Part shown: in pieces, positions 51,208 to 64,000 of the stretch
Position numbering within the stretch: position 1 is the stretch's first letter
Layout: each line of letters opens with the position of its first letter
NCBI GenBank assembly: GCA_964016885.1
Contig: OZ024751.1
Span: forward strand, 51,956,001-52,020,000
Reading direction: 5' to 3'
Origin: Eledone cirrhosa
Lineage: Eukaryota
Length of the DNA stretch: 64,000 bases
Translations under genes and position numbers: made by a program
Notes under the pieces: model-generated
The model's database searches: none
Told to the model about the DNA's origin: nothing
Seen by the model: only the letters and a program-made list of their open reading frames with translations

Positions 51208-52487
51208 CTACAAAACAAGAAGAAGAATATTGTAAATTACGAGGAATTAAAAATATATCACAATGGAATTTAAAGTAAAACAATTATAGACAGAAATCAA
51301 TACACATATATCATCCTCATGACCATCATCACTGTCTAACGTCTGTTTTTCAGGCTTACTTGGGTTATATGGGTTGTCACATTATAAGGCCAGACAGGTT
51401 AAGTGACCACATCTTGCAAATATGATCACATTAAGTGTTTTGCTCAAGGACATAATGTATCACTCGGTCCAGGAATCAAACCCATGACATTATGATCGTT
51501 TGTCTAACACCTTAAGATGCTAAGCTGTGTGCCTTCACATCAAGGCTACTTCAGTCACTTTTTAAACATTTTATTATAAAAATTTATTGAAAATATAATT
51601 GCAAGTAAGTATCAAGTACCTCATACAATACAAAATAATTGTTTCTACTTTTGGCACAAGGCCAGCAATTACCCAGTGCATTACTGGTACTTTATATTAT
51701 CGACCCTGTAAGGATGAAAGGCAAAGTTAACCTCAGCGGGATTCGAATTCAGAATAGCAAGGGCCATAACTCTATGCATCAATGAAACATTAATGGTAAA
51801 ATAGTCTGCTGCTGCTGTTACTGCCAGTGAATCCATAATAACAACAACAATAACAAAAGTCAATGAAGGAACCTCTGCATGGTTACTTGACTTGCAAGAG
51901 ACGGCAGTTGAATTTCTTCAAACCACACACTATATCGCCATCATTTTATGTCTATTTTCTATGGTTACATGGGTTATCACATTCTGAGGTTAGACGAGCA
52001 GGTTAGATGACTGTGTCTTGCACATATGTTCTATTTTGGCATTGTCTCCATTGCCCTTCCTAATGCCAGCCACTTAACAGCATGTACCAGATTTGTTTCT
52101 TGTGGTACCTTCACTAACCACCTGACTGGGTGAACTTGGTGCTGTTTTTGTGGCATCAGTATTACCACTTTAAAGTGTGGGCTAGGTGTGTTTTATCATG
52201 ACACCAGCACTGCCACTTTACAGTCCAGGCTAGGTGCCTTTTATCATTGCCCCAGCACTACCACTTTACAGTGTAGGTCGAGTGCCTTTTATCATGGCAC
52301 CAGCATTACATTCTTAAAAAAAAAAGGAAAGACACATTGGACAATATAGTCCTAGATAGACAAAATTAAAAAATGGAATGGTCAGAGATGGAATACCTTT
52401 AATTGTAGGTCTACCTGAGGCTAAATAACAGCAAGAACAACAAAAGCAAAACACAGGAAGCATCATCTTCCCTCTTATCCATCTTAC

Positions 52488-52628
52488 CTTTGTATATGAG
52501 CAAATCCTGGAATGTAGGCTTCCATCATCTCAATGAAATGTTGAAGATCAACATCATCCATTGATTCTGTACCATCAAATTCTTCAATTACACAATTGAT
52601 GTAGTTAAGGACAATTTCGTCCACCATC
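52488..52628 (-). CDS. CUEDC2: CUEDC2 coding exon (MVDEIVLNYINCVIEEFDGTESMDDVDLQHFIEMMEAYIPGFAHIQ)
   Basis: ttttttcag acceptor, GTAAGA donor. Matches LDEVIFSYVLGVLEDL...[20 protein letters not shown]. Confidence 0.96.
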
Positions 52629-52895
52629 CTGAAAAAACAAAACATAATAATAATAATTATTATTATTTCTACTTTAGGCACAAGGCCAGCAATTTTGGGG
52701 AAGGGAAAATCAATTAATTCAACCCCAGTGTGTGGCTGGTGTTTTATTTTATCAACCCCGTAAGGATGAAAGCAAAGTTTACCTCGGCGGGATTTGAACT
52801 CAGACCATAAAGGGCCGTAACTCTTTTCTGCAAAGCATGGCGTCAGACCCTCTACCAATACTGCCAATCCACCGCCCTACTACTACTACTACTGA

Positions 52896-54118
52896 TCATC
52901 ATCATCATCATCATCATCATCACCGTTTTACGTCCGTTCTTCCACACTAGCATGGGTTAGACGGGTTGTCCTGTTGTGGGCAGTGTCTGGTCGGCTGACC
53001 ATGCCTTGCTCATACAGGAACTGATTTGGCTTGATTTCTACAGCTGGATGCCCTTCCTAACACCAACCTCATTTACAGTGAGTGCTGGGTGCTTTTTCGT
53101 GGCGCCTACACGTCCACTTTACAGTGTGGGCTGGGTGCTATTTTGCTGTGGCACCTCCACGACCACCTTGCGGTGGGAGGGTGTGGGGGCATATTGTCTA
53201 AATGCTTCAGCTTGTACCCATAGGAGGTCGGGTACCCTGTATTACTGCGTGACGCCAGAGGTCACGGTCGTGTGTCATTGCCTTTGAGAGGTGTAATTGG
53301 GTAAGGTCGGCTTTTATCACCTCATCCCAGGTCATCTTGGGTCTCCCCACTCCGCGGTTTCCATCGACTTCTAGTGCTCTGCACCTTTTTATGCAGCTGT
53401 CATCCTTCATACGCTTCACATGCCCATACCAGCGCAACCGCCTCTCCTGCACACAGCATTTGATTCCTCTTATGCTCAGTCTCTCTCTCAATTCATTTAT
53501 GCTTTGTCGTTCACGTATATTACTGTTACACATCCATCGGAGCATGCAGGCTTCGTTTCTCTCTAATCTACGTAAGTCTTCCACCTTCAGCGCCCAGGTC
53601 TCACTACCATGCAACATCGCTGTTTGGATACACGCATCATACAGTCTGCCTTTCATTCTGAGAGAGAAGCCTTTTGCAGCTAGCAGTGGTAGTAGTTCTC
53701 TAAACTTCTTCCATCCTGTTCTTACCCTAGTTATTGTACTTTCTGAACACCCACCTCCGCTGCTAATTCGGTCACCTAGGTAGCAGAAGCTGTCTACTGT
53801 TTCTACAGGGCCCTCCCATAGATTGGTGGTACTTGTTTCCTGTGGCTGTTTTCTGCTTGCTGTCCCAGCACAGCTGCTGCATGTGAAGCCTACATTCTTA
53901 ATTAAGCTTCCTGAGATCCCGCTACATCTCTTGTGTACCCACTGTTTGCATTTGGGGCAGAGAATGGAGTTCCTACCTACACCTTTCCTACATATTGAGC
54001 AAGGCCATTTCCCTGAGGGGATCTGGGTTCTGTTTTCTCGTCTACTTACAAGGACCTTAGTCTTTGTCATGTTGACTTTGAGACCCTTTCTTTCTAGTCC
54101 CTGCTTCCAAGTTTGGAA
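52896..54118 (-). mobile_element. RTE LINE, 5'-truncated, open ORF (GLKVNMTKTK, PHD-like finger, VDSFCYLG...RLRWYGHV), 3' UTR and (GAT)n tail
   Basis: ORF 53207-54157; (cat)n tail at 52897-52923. Confidence 0.95.
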
Positions 54119-54922
54119 TAATAATAATGGTTTTTGATTTAGGCACAAGGCCAACAATTTGGAGGGAAGAGAAAGTTGATTAGATCGAAACCTGTGCGGT
54201 ACTGGTACTTTATTTTATCGACCTGCTAATGATGAAAGGCAAAGCTATATATAATATGTGTGTGTTGTATGTTTGTGCATAAATATGTTTGAATTTATAA
54301 ATGTGAGTAATCAATACCTTATGTACTGAATATAAATTTTATTTTTATACAGTTTCAGCACCTTAATATCTACTGGAACATTTTCAGCTTCAGAATAAGT
54401 ATGTGTATTCATATGGTGTATATGTGTGAGATATGTGTGAACCATATTTATTTTATTATACATATTTCAAGGGCCACCAAGGCAAATTATGGTGCGCTTT
54501 ATAGTTTCCATTTGTTAATATATTGTATATTTACTCCACTTACTGTTGAGTGCTTTATATCAGTTATAAAAATGTTTAAGCTTGTTGAATCCCAACAAAT
54601 TAAATATAACCTCTGCATACATATTTATATATATATTTATATTTACACACACACACACGTATACATGCACATATATGTATACACACATATATCTTCTTCA
54701 TCATCATCATAAATACTGATAATGAAATTATTGTGTACAGTGCTCAGGTGCACTACAACTCGTCAAAGGTGCATATATAGTACATAGATTAATCATCATG
54801 TAATGACTTATTTCCCTGTTAGCAAGGGTTGGACGGATTATCACAGACAAAGTCAGCACTTTGTTGGGGCTACTAACCTCCCAGGGAGTGGCGGCTGCAC
54901 CTCATTTATATACAATCTTGCA

Positions 54923-54982
<60 letters not shown>

Positions 54983-55728
54983 TGCATATATATGTATGTA
55001 TATACATACATATGTATATATGTATGTGTATGTATGTATGTGTGTGTGTGTGTGTGTGCATCACTTAGAGGTTGGGGTGTTCAGCTCATGGATATAAGGT
55101 CATGAATTCTATTTCGTCCTTGGGGAAGACACTATATTTCACGTTGCTCTAGTCAACTCAGCTGGAAAAAATAAGTTGTATCTGTAATTCAAAGGGCCAG
55201 CCTTGTCCCACACAGTGTCTCCTTGAGGACTTTGTTAATGGTACACATGTATGTGGAATGCTCAGTCATTTTTCAGGTTAATTTCCTGAGTAGGCTGCTC
55301 TGTTGATCAAACAACTGGAACACACATAATCGGAACCAATAAAGGTCCAACAGACATATGTGTATCAGGGGCAAAGGGTCCGTGATTGCAATGCCTGCAG
55401 TGCATGCGATATAGAATCTTGAGTTGATCAATTGCGTCGGTTGAAGCAAGCAGAATTTTGGCTGCTTACTAAAACGTATAGACACAAAACACACGACACA
55501 CACAAACACTCGACAGCTTTGGGGCAAGCAGAATTTTGACTGTTTACTAAATCGTAGACACATAAAAAGATAACACACACACACACTAGATAACAGATTC
55601 CTGATTGAATAGGTAAATTTTTCAGTCACTTATTCATTCCAATGCTTTAAATTTTAATTTCAAATATATCAAATTATATTTTTAAAAGTTACGCAAAAGT
55701 TACATTTTCCACATTTTCATTCATCCAC

Positions 55729-57892
55729 ATGATGGCAAAAGAGTTAGTTCAGTTTCTTCTCTACTTTCTCGATCGTTTGCATCAAGAAGATTTGAAGAGA
55801 GAAAGAATATTATCATTCTTGGAAGAGAGAAACCTAAGCTTGAAATTAAGACAAAGACAAAAGTGAGCGGCAAGGAATGTTATTGTTATTTTGATTCCAA
55901 ATATTATGATCAATATGAGTGGATGACGGGATGTCCCATTCTGAACAAATTGTTCTGTTTCCCATGTCTGTTGTTTTGTCACCATAGTAATACATGGACA
56001 ACCACCGGTTACTGCGATTTGAATAATTTGATTACAGCTTTGACAAGACACAAAAAATCTCAGAACTACTTGAGTTCCATAATTGCTCTGAAAACCTTTC
56101 GTCGACATCGAATTGATACAGAGATCGATCACTGGAAAGCAGCTTTGATTCAGTTGCATAATAGAACTGTTGAGAAAAATCATGATGTATTGAAAAGGTT
56201 AATTCATTGTGTTGAAATTTTGGCCTGTCAAGAATTATCAATTCGAGGACACGATGAAACAGAAGACTCAAACAATAAGGGTAATTTTTTGGCTATATGT
56301 GAAGCAGTAGCGGAATACGATGATTGTTTAAGATCGCATTTAGATTTTGTGAAGAAAAATGCTAACTGTATATTTTCTGGACTTTCAAGTGATATTCAAA
56401 ATGAGATCATTAATTGTATAGCTGCTACAATTAAATGTGAAATTAAAGCAATGATCGATAAAACATCCTTTGTTGCTGTTATGTTTGATGAGACGACGGA
56501 TTGTCGAATGGAATCTCAATTATCACGCGTTTTGCGATTTGTAGATGAGAAAGAACAGCCTCAAGAAAGGTTTTTGGGATATGTCGATGTTAGTAAAGAT
56601 AGAAGAGCTACATCGCTGACAGAAGAAGTTCGAAAATTCAATTGTGGTAAAAAATTAATTGCACAAACTCATGATGGAGCGAGTGTGATGGCTGGGCATT
56701 TGAACGGAGTGCAAGCAAGAATAAAGGAGATTTTTGGTGCAAACGTCATCTTTGTTCATTGTTATGCACATTCACTTAATTTGGTACTATCTCAATCAGT
56801 TTCAAGTATTCATGAATGTCGAATTTTCTTTCAAACTTTAAAAGGAATTTCATCTTTTTTTTCTAAATCAACAACTCGAATAGTTCTATTGGATGAAATC
56901 GTTGGAAGGCGATTTCCAAAATTACCTGAGGCACGTTGGAATTATTCATCTCGACAGGTATCTATTTTATCCAATAAAATTACTATGTTTTCGGAGCTAT
57001 TTTCAACAATATTAGAAAATCCAGGATTGGAATGCTTCAGAATTAGCACAGGCAAGAGGATTTGTTGCAATCCTCGAAGATTTTCAATTTAGATTTCTGT
57101 TAGTAGTTTTTGAAACCATATTGTGTGGGTCAGAAATTCTTTTTTCGATTCTTCAAAAAAGTTCACTTGATATTTCGAGGTGCAGAGGTGGAAAACTTCC
57201 AAAAACAATTAGTTAATATCAAGAACAACAAGTTTGAGGAATTTTACTGCCGGGTTCTGGATGATGTTGCTGAACCACCAGAGAAACGTGGTCGATATCA
57301 AGAACCACAAGGTGCTTTAAGAACTTTGTTTAACAACATTTTGGATGAAGTTATTGTTCACGTCGAGCAAAGATTTAAGACAATGGGAGATTTCAAATTT
57401 GTTGAATTGTTGAATCCGAAGCTTTTTCACGCTTATGAAAGAAAATTTCCAACGGAAGCATTTTCATCTTTGGATATCTATTCAAACATATTTGATTTGG
57501 ATGGCTTGAAATGCGAGCTGAAATCAGTTTATGCTGCAGATTTTGCAAAGCAAGCGTCAAGCATCCAGAAAATCACAGACATTATACTGGAACTTGAACT
57601 AAATGAAGCTCTGGCAGAAGTAACAAAATGATTGCACCTAATTCTGACCATCACTGCTACATCTGCTTCATGTGAGAGATCGTTTTCTTCATTAAAGAGA
57701 GTTAATAATTATATGAGGTGTTCTCAAAGTGAAGAGAGATTGAGCAATTTGGTCATAATTTCCATGAACAAAGACCTTTTGAAGAAGATGAAGGTAGAGC
57801 AAGGTCCTGATACATTTTATAATAAAGTGATTGATGAATTTGCCAAAAAGAATCGGAGAATTGAACTGGCCTTGAATTTTAATGAAAGATGA
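55729..57892 (+). pseudogene. hAT transposase pseudogene (frameshifts and a stop)
   Basis: ORFs 55863-57092, 57110-57631 and 57632-57892 carry LFCFPC, RGHDE..NKGNF, FDETTD, HDGASVM, HCYAHSLNL, RW and SCERSFS motifs. Confidence 0.92.
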
Positions 57893-58117
57893 ATTTTAAT
57901 AAAAGATCCCAATAAGTATGTATACTATTTTAAATATTATTTCAAATTTTTATTATTTACTCATATTTCTGACGTAACCAATATCATGACAGGCTTGTTG
58001 CTAGGTTGTTATTAATGGGGAGACACCATGTTTAGTGGAGAGGGGTATAAAGACTGAAGATAAGTCTGTTGGTAGACGGGCATTTTCTCATTAAAATTAG
58101 CTCACATCACATTTACA

Positions 58118-58328
58118 AATAATAATAATAATAATGAAATTATTGTGTACAGTGCTCAGGTGCACTACAACTCATCAAAGGTGCATGTATAGTACATAGA
58201 ATAATGTACAAATGTCAGGAAAATAAACAGTGTATGAGTCATGATATAATAACAATAACAATAATGAAATATTGTGCACAGTGCCCAGGTGCACCACAAC
58301 CCATCAAAAAAGTGCATGTACAGTACAT
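58118..58328 (-). mobile_element. CR1 3' UTR fragment inside the hAT transposon
   Basis: Reverse complement of about 29265-29471 including the (ATT)n tail. A shorter piece lies at about 54715-54790. Confidence 0.9.
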
Positions 58329-58572
58329 GGTGGAGAGGACTGAATAATTTTGCGAATGGGGGGGTTAAGGTTGCACAGCCCCACTTTCCGCCATGGCGAT
58401 TGGACTACATGCCCTGCTTTCCAGGTTACCCTTCGCCACTGATGTGTATACATGAATATATGTGTGTGTGGTGTATATCAAATAATATACGAGATGTTTA
58501 TGAACTATAAAATCATATTGAGCTTTAGAATGTTCTTTGCCCTTTATATGGTTGTATTATCAACTCATTTAA

Positions 58573-58625
<53 letters not shown>

Positions 58626-59270
58626 TATATATATAGTAATAATAATAAATTTGAAGACTAAAATCCAAAGAGGGCTCGATAAGGATAAATATTTATCAAA
58701 TATATAAGAACCGTAGAGCAAATATTTATTTCAGAAGATCCCGTTAAGGGTGAAAGCAGCGATTCTTTGCTTAAACTTTAATCTGTTATTTTAATAAATA
58801 TTATATATATATATATATATTTAATATATATATATACATAAAATATACATATATAATATATACATAATATACATATATAATATAATATAATATATATTTA
58901 TGAACAATATAATATAATGTAATATTATATATATATATCTAGTAGTAGTAGTAATAGGTAATATACATATATAATATAATTTTTATCTACTAAAACCTAC
59001 TATAATTCTACTCTTTATAGCTCTCTCTCTCCTCTTTATTTTTTTCTCTCTCTTACCCTCACTTAACCAAAATCAATAATCAGCTGACAACAAATTGATC
59101 AGACCTGCTTCAGTAAATCTATCTCTGATTATGTTGGAGTGAAGTGTGTTGAGAGAGTTTGTATGTATAAAATGGTTTAGGCAGGCAAAGAACTGTGTAT
59201 AAATTTGTTAGATTCTCTCACGTCTTTACATCTTGTGAATTCTCCGAAATCTGGCAAAATTATATGGTTG

Positions 59271-59304
<34 letters not shown>

Positions 59305-60140
59305 GTGGGGAATCAGCAGACATCCTTATTGATGCTTAAAATAGAATTTCAGTAGTTTACTTGTGTGTGTGTATGGGTTCACGTGTTTGTGTGCATGAGT
59401 GTGTGTTTGGCTAGACATAATAATACAATAGGCAATATATTATGAGTATTGGAGTGTTTCTTCATTGATTTCTACCTGTAAAGTTGTATGTAGGAATAAT
59501 TCCTTTCCTTAACTAACACTATTGAAGGCAGTAAATAGGCAGAGTTGGAAAGGTGTCTAGAAATAGCAGTCAAATCTATCTCATATTGTGCCCTGCCACT
59601 GTAAAGAAGGAAGACATAAATAATTGTTTTTACTTTTGGCACAAGGCCAGTAATTATATCAGTGCATTACTGGTACTTTATTTTATCGACCCCGTAAAGA
59701 TGAAAGGCAAAGTTAAACTTGAAGGGATTTGAACTCAGAATGCAAGACATAAATAATGACATAATTCGAGATGCACTAGCATGAAGGGATGGTCACAGTT
59801 AGAATGACTTTGATCATAGGTCTGCTAATTTCGGGTCTGATCTGAATTGTCTGTTTTATTAGGGTTCAATATAAGGGATCGTCTATGCAAATGTTTGACC
59901 TTCTAAAAATAACATTCAAATCTCTTTCATAATGCACCTTACCACCTTAAAGACAAAGAAGGACAAATTAAACAATGATATAATTCTAGATGTACCAGCA
60001 CAACAGATATAAAGGCGGGATGGTCACAAGTGGGAAGCCTTTGATCATAGGTCTACTAATTGCAGGGCTGACCTGAGGTTAAAGAAAAAGAATAACAACT
60101 AATTTATGTTTGTCACTATCTGTATCTGTTGTTTGGAGTG

Positions 60141-60212
<72 letters not shown>

Positions 60213-60213
60213 T

Positions 60214-60277
<64 letters not shown>

Positions 60278-60454
60278 CTTTTGCAATGTATATTCAATAT
60301 GATTGTTTTATTCCTCAATTTTCACATCTCACTCATACATTCCATTTTTGTCATGATTTCTAACCACTTTACAGAGTGTACTGGGTGCACTTTATCGTGC
60401 CAGCCATGTGCAAGAATAGAAGAGGAGTGATGACCATAAGGTGAAAAAAAAATG

Positions 60455-60625
60455 TGCCCTTCACTCTGAAAGAACAACAACCTTTTGTTTCCAGAAGGAG
60501 TAATAGCTCACTGAGTTTTTTTTTTTTTTCCTATTTCATTTTTACTCAGGTTACTATGCTTTTGGTACACACATCTCCTCTGCTAATTAGGTCACCAAGG
60601 AAGCAAAAGGTATCAACTACTTGCA
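60455..60625 (-). mobile_element. Degraded RTE fragment
   Basis: Minus strand VVDTFCFLGDLISRG...ELLLL.TKG..RVKG. Confidence 0.65.
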
Positions 60626-61396
60626 GAGAACTTTGTATCTTTGTCATATATGAAGTTTACTTTCTCTGTTAGCCTGCATGTAAGACCATAATATCTCTTA
60701 TGTGTTCCTAGATTATAGTAAGTACATTTTATATAGAATACCTATGTACATATTCCTGGCGATGATGATGATGACACATAAATCCATACAAAATTCTATT
60801 ATTTCTGGTAATTCTTATCAGAGATGTTTATAAAGTTTTTATTGTAAATAGAAAATTGTGATTGAAACAGAGTGGGGATGGGGGAGTAAATTGCGTGGGC
60901 GAAGGGGGGGGGGGATAAGAGTGTGTGGGTGATGTGAAGGTGGGAACAGGAGTGTGTGGGTGTTGTGAAGGGGAGTGGGAGGAGAGAAAAGAGAAAGCTA
61001 TTGAGCAGGAAAAATAAAACTGATATAAAAACAATAGAATAACAAATAAATATTAAAGAATAATCCACATGTTAGGTTTAATTTGTCATTTGTTATCTCA
61101 GAAGAGAAGCAAAATGAATGGCAACAACCACAATAACAACAACAGTAATAACAGTTTCTGATTTAGGCACAAGGCCAACAGTTGGGGGGAGGGAGGGGTA
61201 GTCAATTAAATCAACCCCTGTGTGGTATTACTGGTACTTTATTTTATTGGCCTTGTAAGGATGGATGGCAAAGCTAACCTTGCCCGGATTTGAACATAAA
61301 GGGATGGAACTCTATGCTGCAAAGCATGTTGTCTGATGCTCTACAGATATTGCCACCACTATGCACCACACACACACTCTCTCTCACACACACACG

Positions 61397-61545
<149 letters not shown>

Positions 61546-62466
61546 GCACATATAGTTTGTCTTGTTAAGCAAACATTGCATTATCAGAAATATATAAAAT
61601 AACAGTTCGAATTATACATAAAATTTAAAGTCTGTCTTATGCCAGCGGCTCATTAGGCCATGGTTTATCTTGGTTTCTTTAGTATTAAGCAATTACTTAA
61701 TACTAAAGCAGTTGTTAACTGGTAGTTATGGTTTTGGAGAGGATGATGCATTGTGTTCTTGAGCAAAATGCTTTATTTCACATAGCTTCTACCAAGTGTT
61801 GCAACCAGCAGATAGTATCAGCAATGGAAAGACGAACAGAAAAATCTAACAATCAGTTCCTTTCCCCGTTTCATAGATGGACACTAATACATGCATATAT
61901 ATAAATATGTATGCAGAGATTAAAAAATATGCAAATACACACACATAGAGCCACATGGAGTCCTACATGGAGTCCTACACATATATATACATACATACCA
62001 CACATATATACTTCAATACTGAGTACTCCTTTCTCTCGGCCGTCAACCACATATTATATATATATATGTATATATATATATATGTATGTATATATGTGTG
62101 TCTGTGTGTATATATAGATATATATACATGTGTGTGTGTGTGTATGCATGTATATATACAAACACAAAATAAAATAAATCATTAATGTAGTAGAGTGGAA
62201 AATAATATGATGAAGTAGGTTCAGGAAAGGGGGGAGGGGTACAAAAAAACAAAAACAAATGAAAATAACAATAAAGTATAACGAATAAAAAACAAACAAA
62301 AAAATATGCAATTAATAAGGGCGACATTTCAAAATGTAATTAAGCAAGATTTATGAACTGTGTAATGCAAGTGAAGCTTTAGAAAGATGTGTAAAAAAAA
62401 TAAATAATATCTGAAAATGAACTAAAATACACTGAATTACTTTAATTCTATTATAATACATTTAAT

Positions 62467-62547
<81 letters not shown>

Positions 62548-62993
62548 ATGTATGTATATTAGATATAATAACAAATAGATATACACAAGATATAACAAAA
62601 CATATAAATATATATATGCTTTGATTCTCCATAATAATTTTCTGTTTATATATGTATATATATAAAGATATATTAATTAATATATATATTAGGAATAACA
62701 AATATATATATAGGAGATGTAGCAAAACATATATATTGTTATATCATGTGTGTATATATATATATTAGCTACAATAACAAGATATATATAATATATAATA
62801 GGATTGGAAAACAAAGACCAAAGAACAGTTTAACATCCAGAAGATTAATGATGAAAAGAATATATGAAAAATGATATTATAATAGAAAGAAGACAAATGA
62901 GATTGTTACAAAACTGTGGCAAAGATTGAATTTATTAGAACTCTGTGTAATATTTTAATCTCCATATGGTTCAATTATTATCATTTGTATGTA

Positions 62994-63025
<32 letters not shown>

Positions 63026-64000
63026 ATCATTATCGTCGTCATTTTAACGTCCGCTTTCCCAGCTAGCACACACAGACTACATATACATATATATAGATTT
63101 ATTTATATAGATATATATATTTGTCTGTATGAAATGTGTGCATGCATTCATACATATATTCACACATACATACAGACATTCATACATATATACACACAGA
63201 TTATACATACACATACATATATTTTAATCTATGTGCCAAATACTTAAAGCTATCTTTACATTTCTATGTATAACAATCAGATATGTGAATTTTTTCCAAT
63301 TTCTTAGAGTTGCTTGCATCTATGAAATCTGTCAATATCTTTAATATTTAATGCACCTTTCTGTATTTAGTTATTAATTCTGAATGTTGTGCTCTCTATG
63401 TGCATAACTTTGTTACATAATGCAGCAGTAGTCAAGTGATTCAAAGTTTTGTTTGGCTTCGAGGGGGGGTTTATTTAAAAAAAAAAACACAAAAAAAAAA
63501 CTTCCTGTTGGTGTGAAATAACCAAGTAACTATCCAAAATTAGCTGGCATTGATAACACCTGTTGATAAAAGCTGAAAATGTGCATATGGTGCAATTGCT
63601 GTTTTTTGTATTTTTCTTTTGCTAGAAACAAAGTAGTTCAATTGTTGAAAGTGTTAAGAAAAAGTAGAAAGTTATAGGATTGCAAGAAAGACAACAGCAG
63701 CAATTAGCAAGCACAAAAGTATTCAGGGGTTTATAAGAGAGGCAGGAGTTCAGCTGGTACATTCGTCTGAGGTCCAGAGAGCCAAAGAGAGGGTCTATGT
63801 ATATTTGATGCCTCTTTCCTTAAAAAAAAAATACTTCTCAGCTCACTTGAATTTTAGGAGGGTGATCCCAACACCAAGGCTCCTAAAAACAGTCTTGTCC
63901 TCCTTACAAAATTTGTCTTGGTCGTCTTGGTGGTAGCACAGATAAAATACGCTGATGCCATATTGTTGGTGAATCAACAGAGCATATATTGATCTGTCTA

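Larger units (their letters stand above)
55366..58441 (+). mobile_element. Full-length hAT DNA transposon (ZMYM1/DUF4371-like transposase type), decayed
   Basis: TIRs caggggcaaagggt / acccttcgccactg; perfect 8-bp TSD ATGTGTAT (55358-55365, 58442-58449). Confidence 0.95.

Noticed and set aside
54353-54398. Plus-strand AG...GT micro-exon candidate
   Set aside because: Isolated, with no partner exons or recognisable peptide; expected by chance in AT-rich DNA.

Overview
AT-rich, microsatellite- and transposon-dense animal DNA. The SINE/LINE types and repeat density suggest a cephalopod, probably an octopus (inference). Two spliced genes lie on the minus strand, reconstructed by hand from splice sites and codon phase. 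(1) The 5' part of a BAZ1B/WSTF orthologue: 9 coding exons from the ATG at 24202 down to 1386, continuing off the left edge. Its first coding intron is a U12-type (minor spliceosome) intron with both a GTATCCTT donor and a TCCTTAAC branch point. (2) A CUEDC2 orthologue: 7 coding exons, 52628 to the stop at 35184; a further upstream coding exon was not found. The rest holds RTE-clade LINEs with a PHD-like finger inside the RT, a nearly intact CR1-clade LINE plus 3' fragments, a decayed hAT transposon with perfect 8-bp TSDs and a matching MITE that carries a second nested MITE, piggyBac-, mariner- and Helitron-like remnants, many tRNA-derived SINEs and two long minisatellites. The most unusual items are a minimal hammerhead ribozyme family with stem covariation, the U12 intron, and a tandem array amplified from the BAZ1B exon-2 splice donor that includes a 62-bp-arm hairpin.
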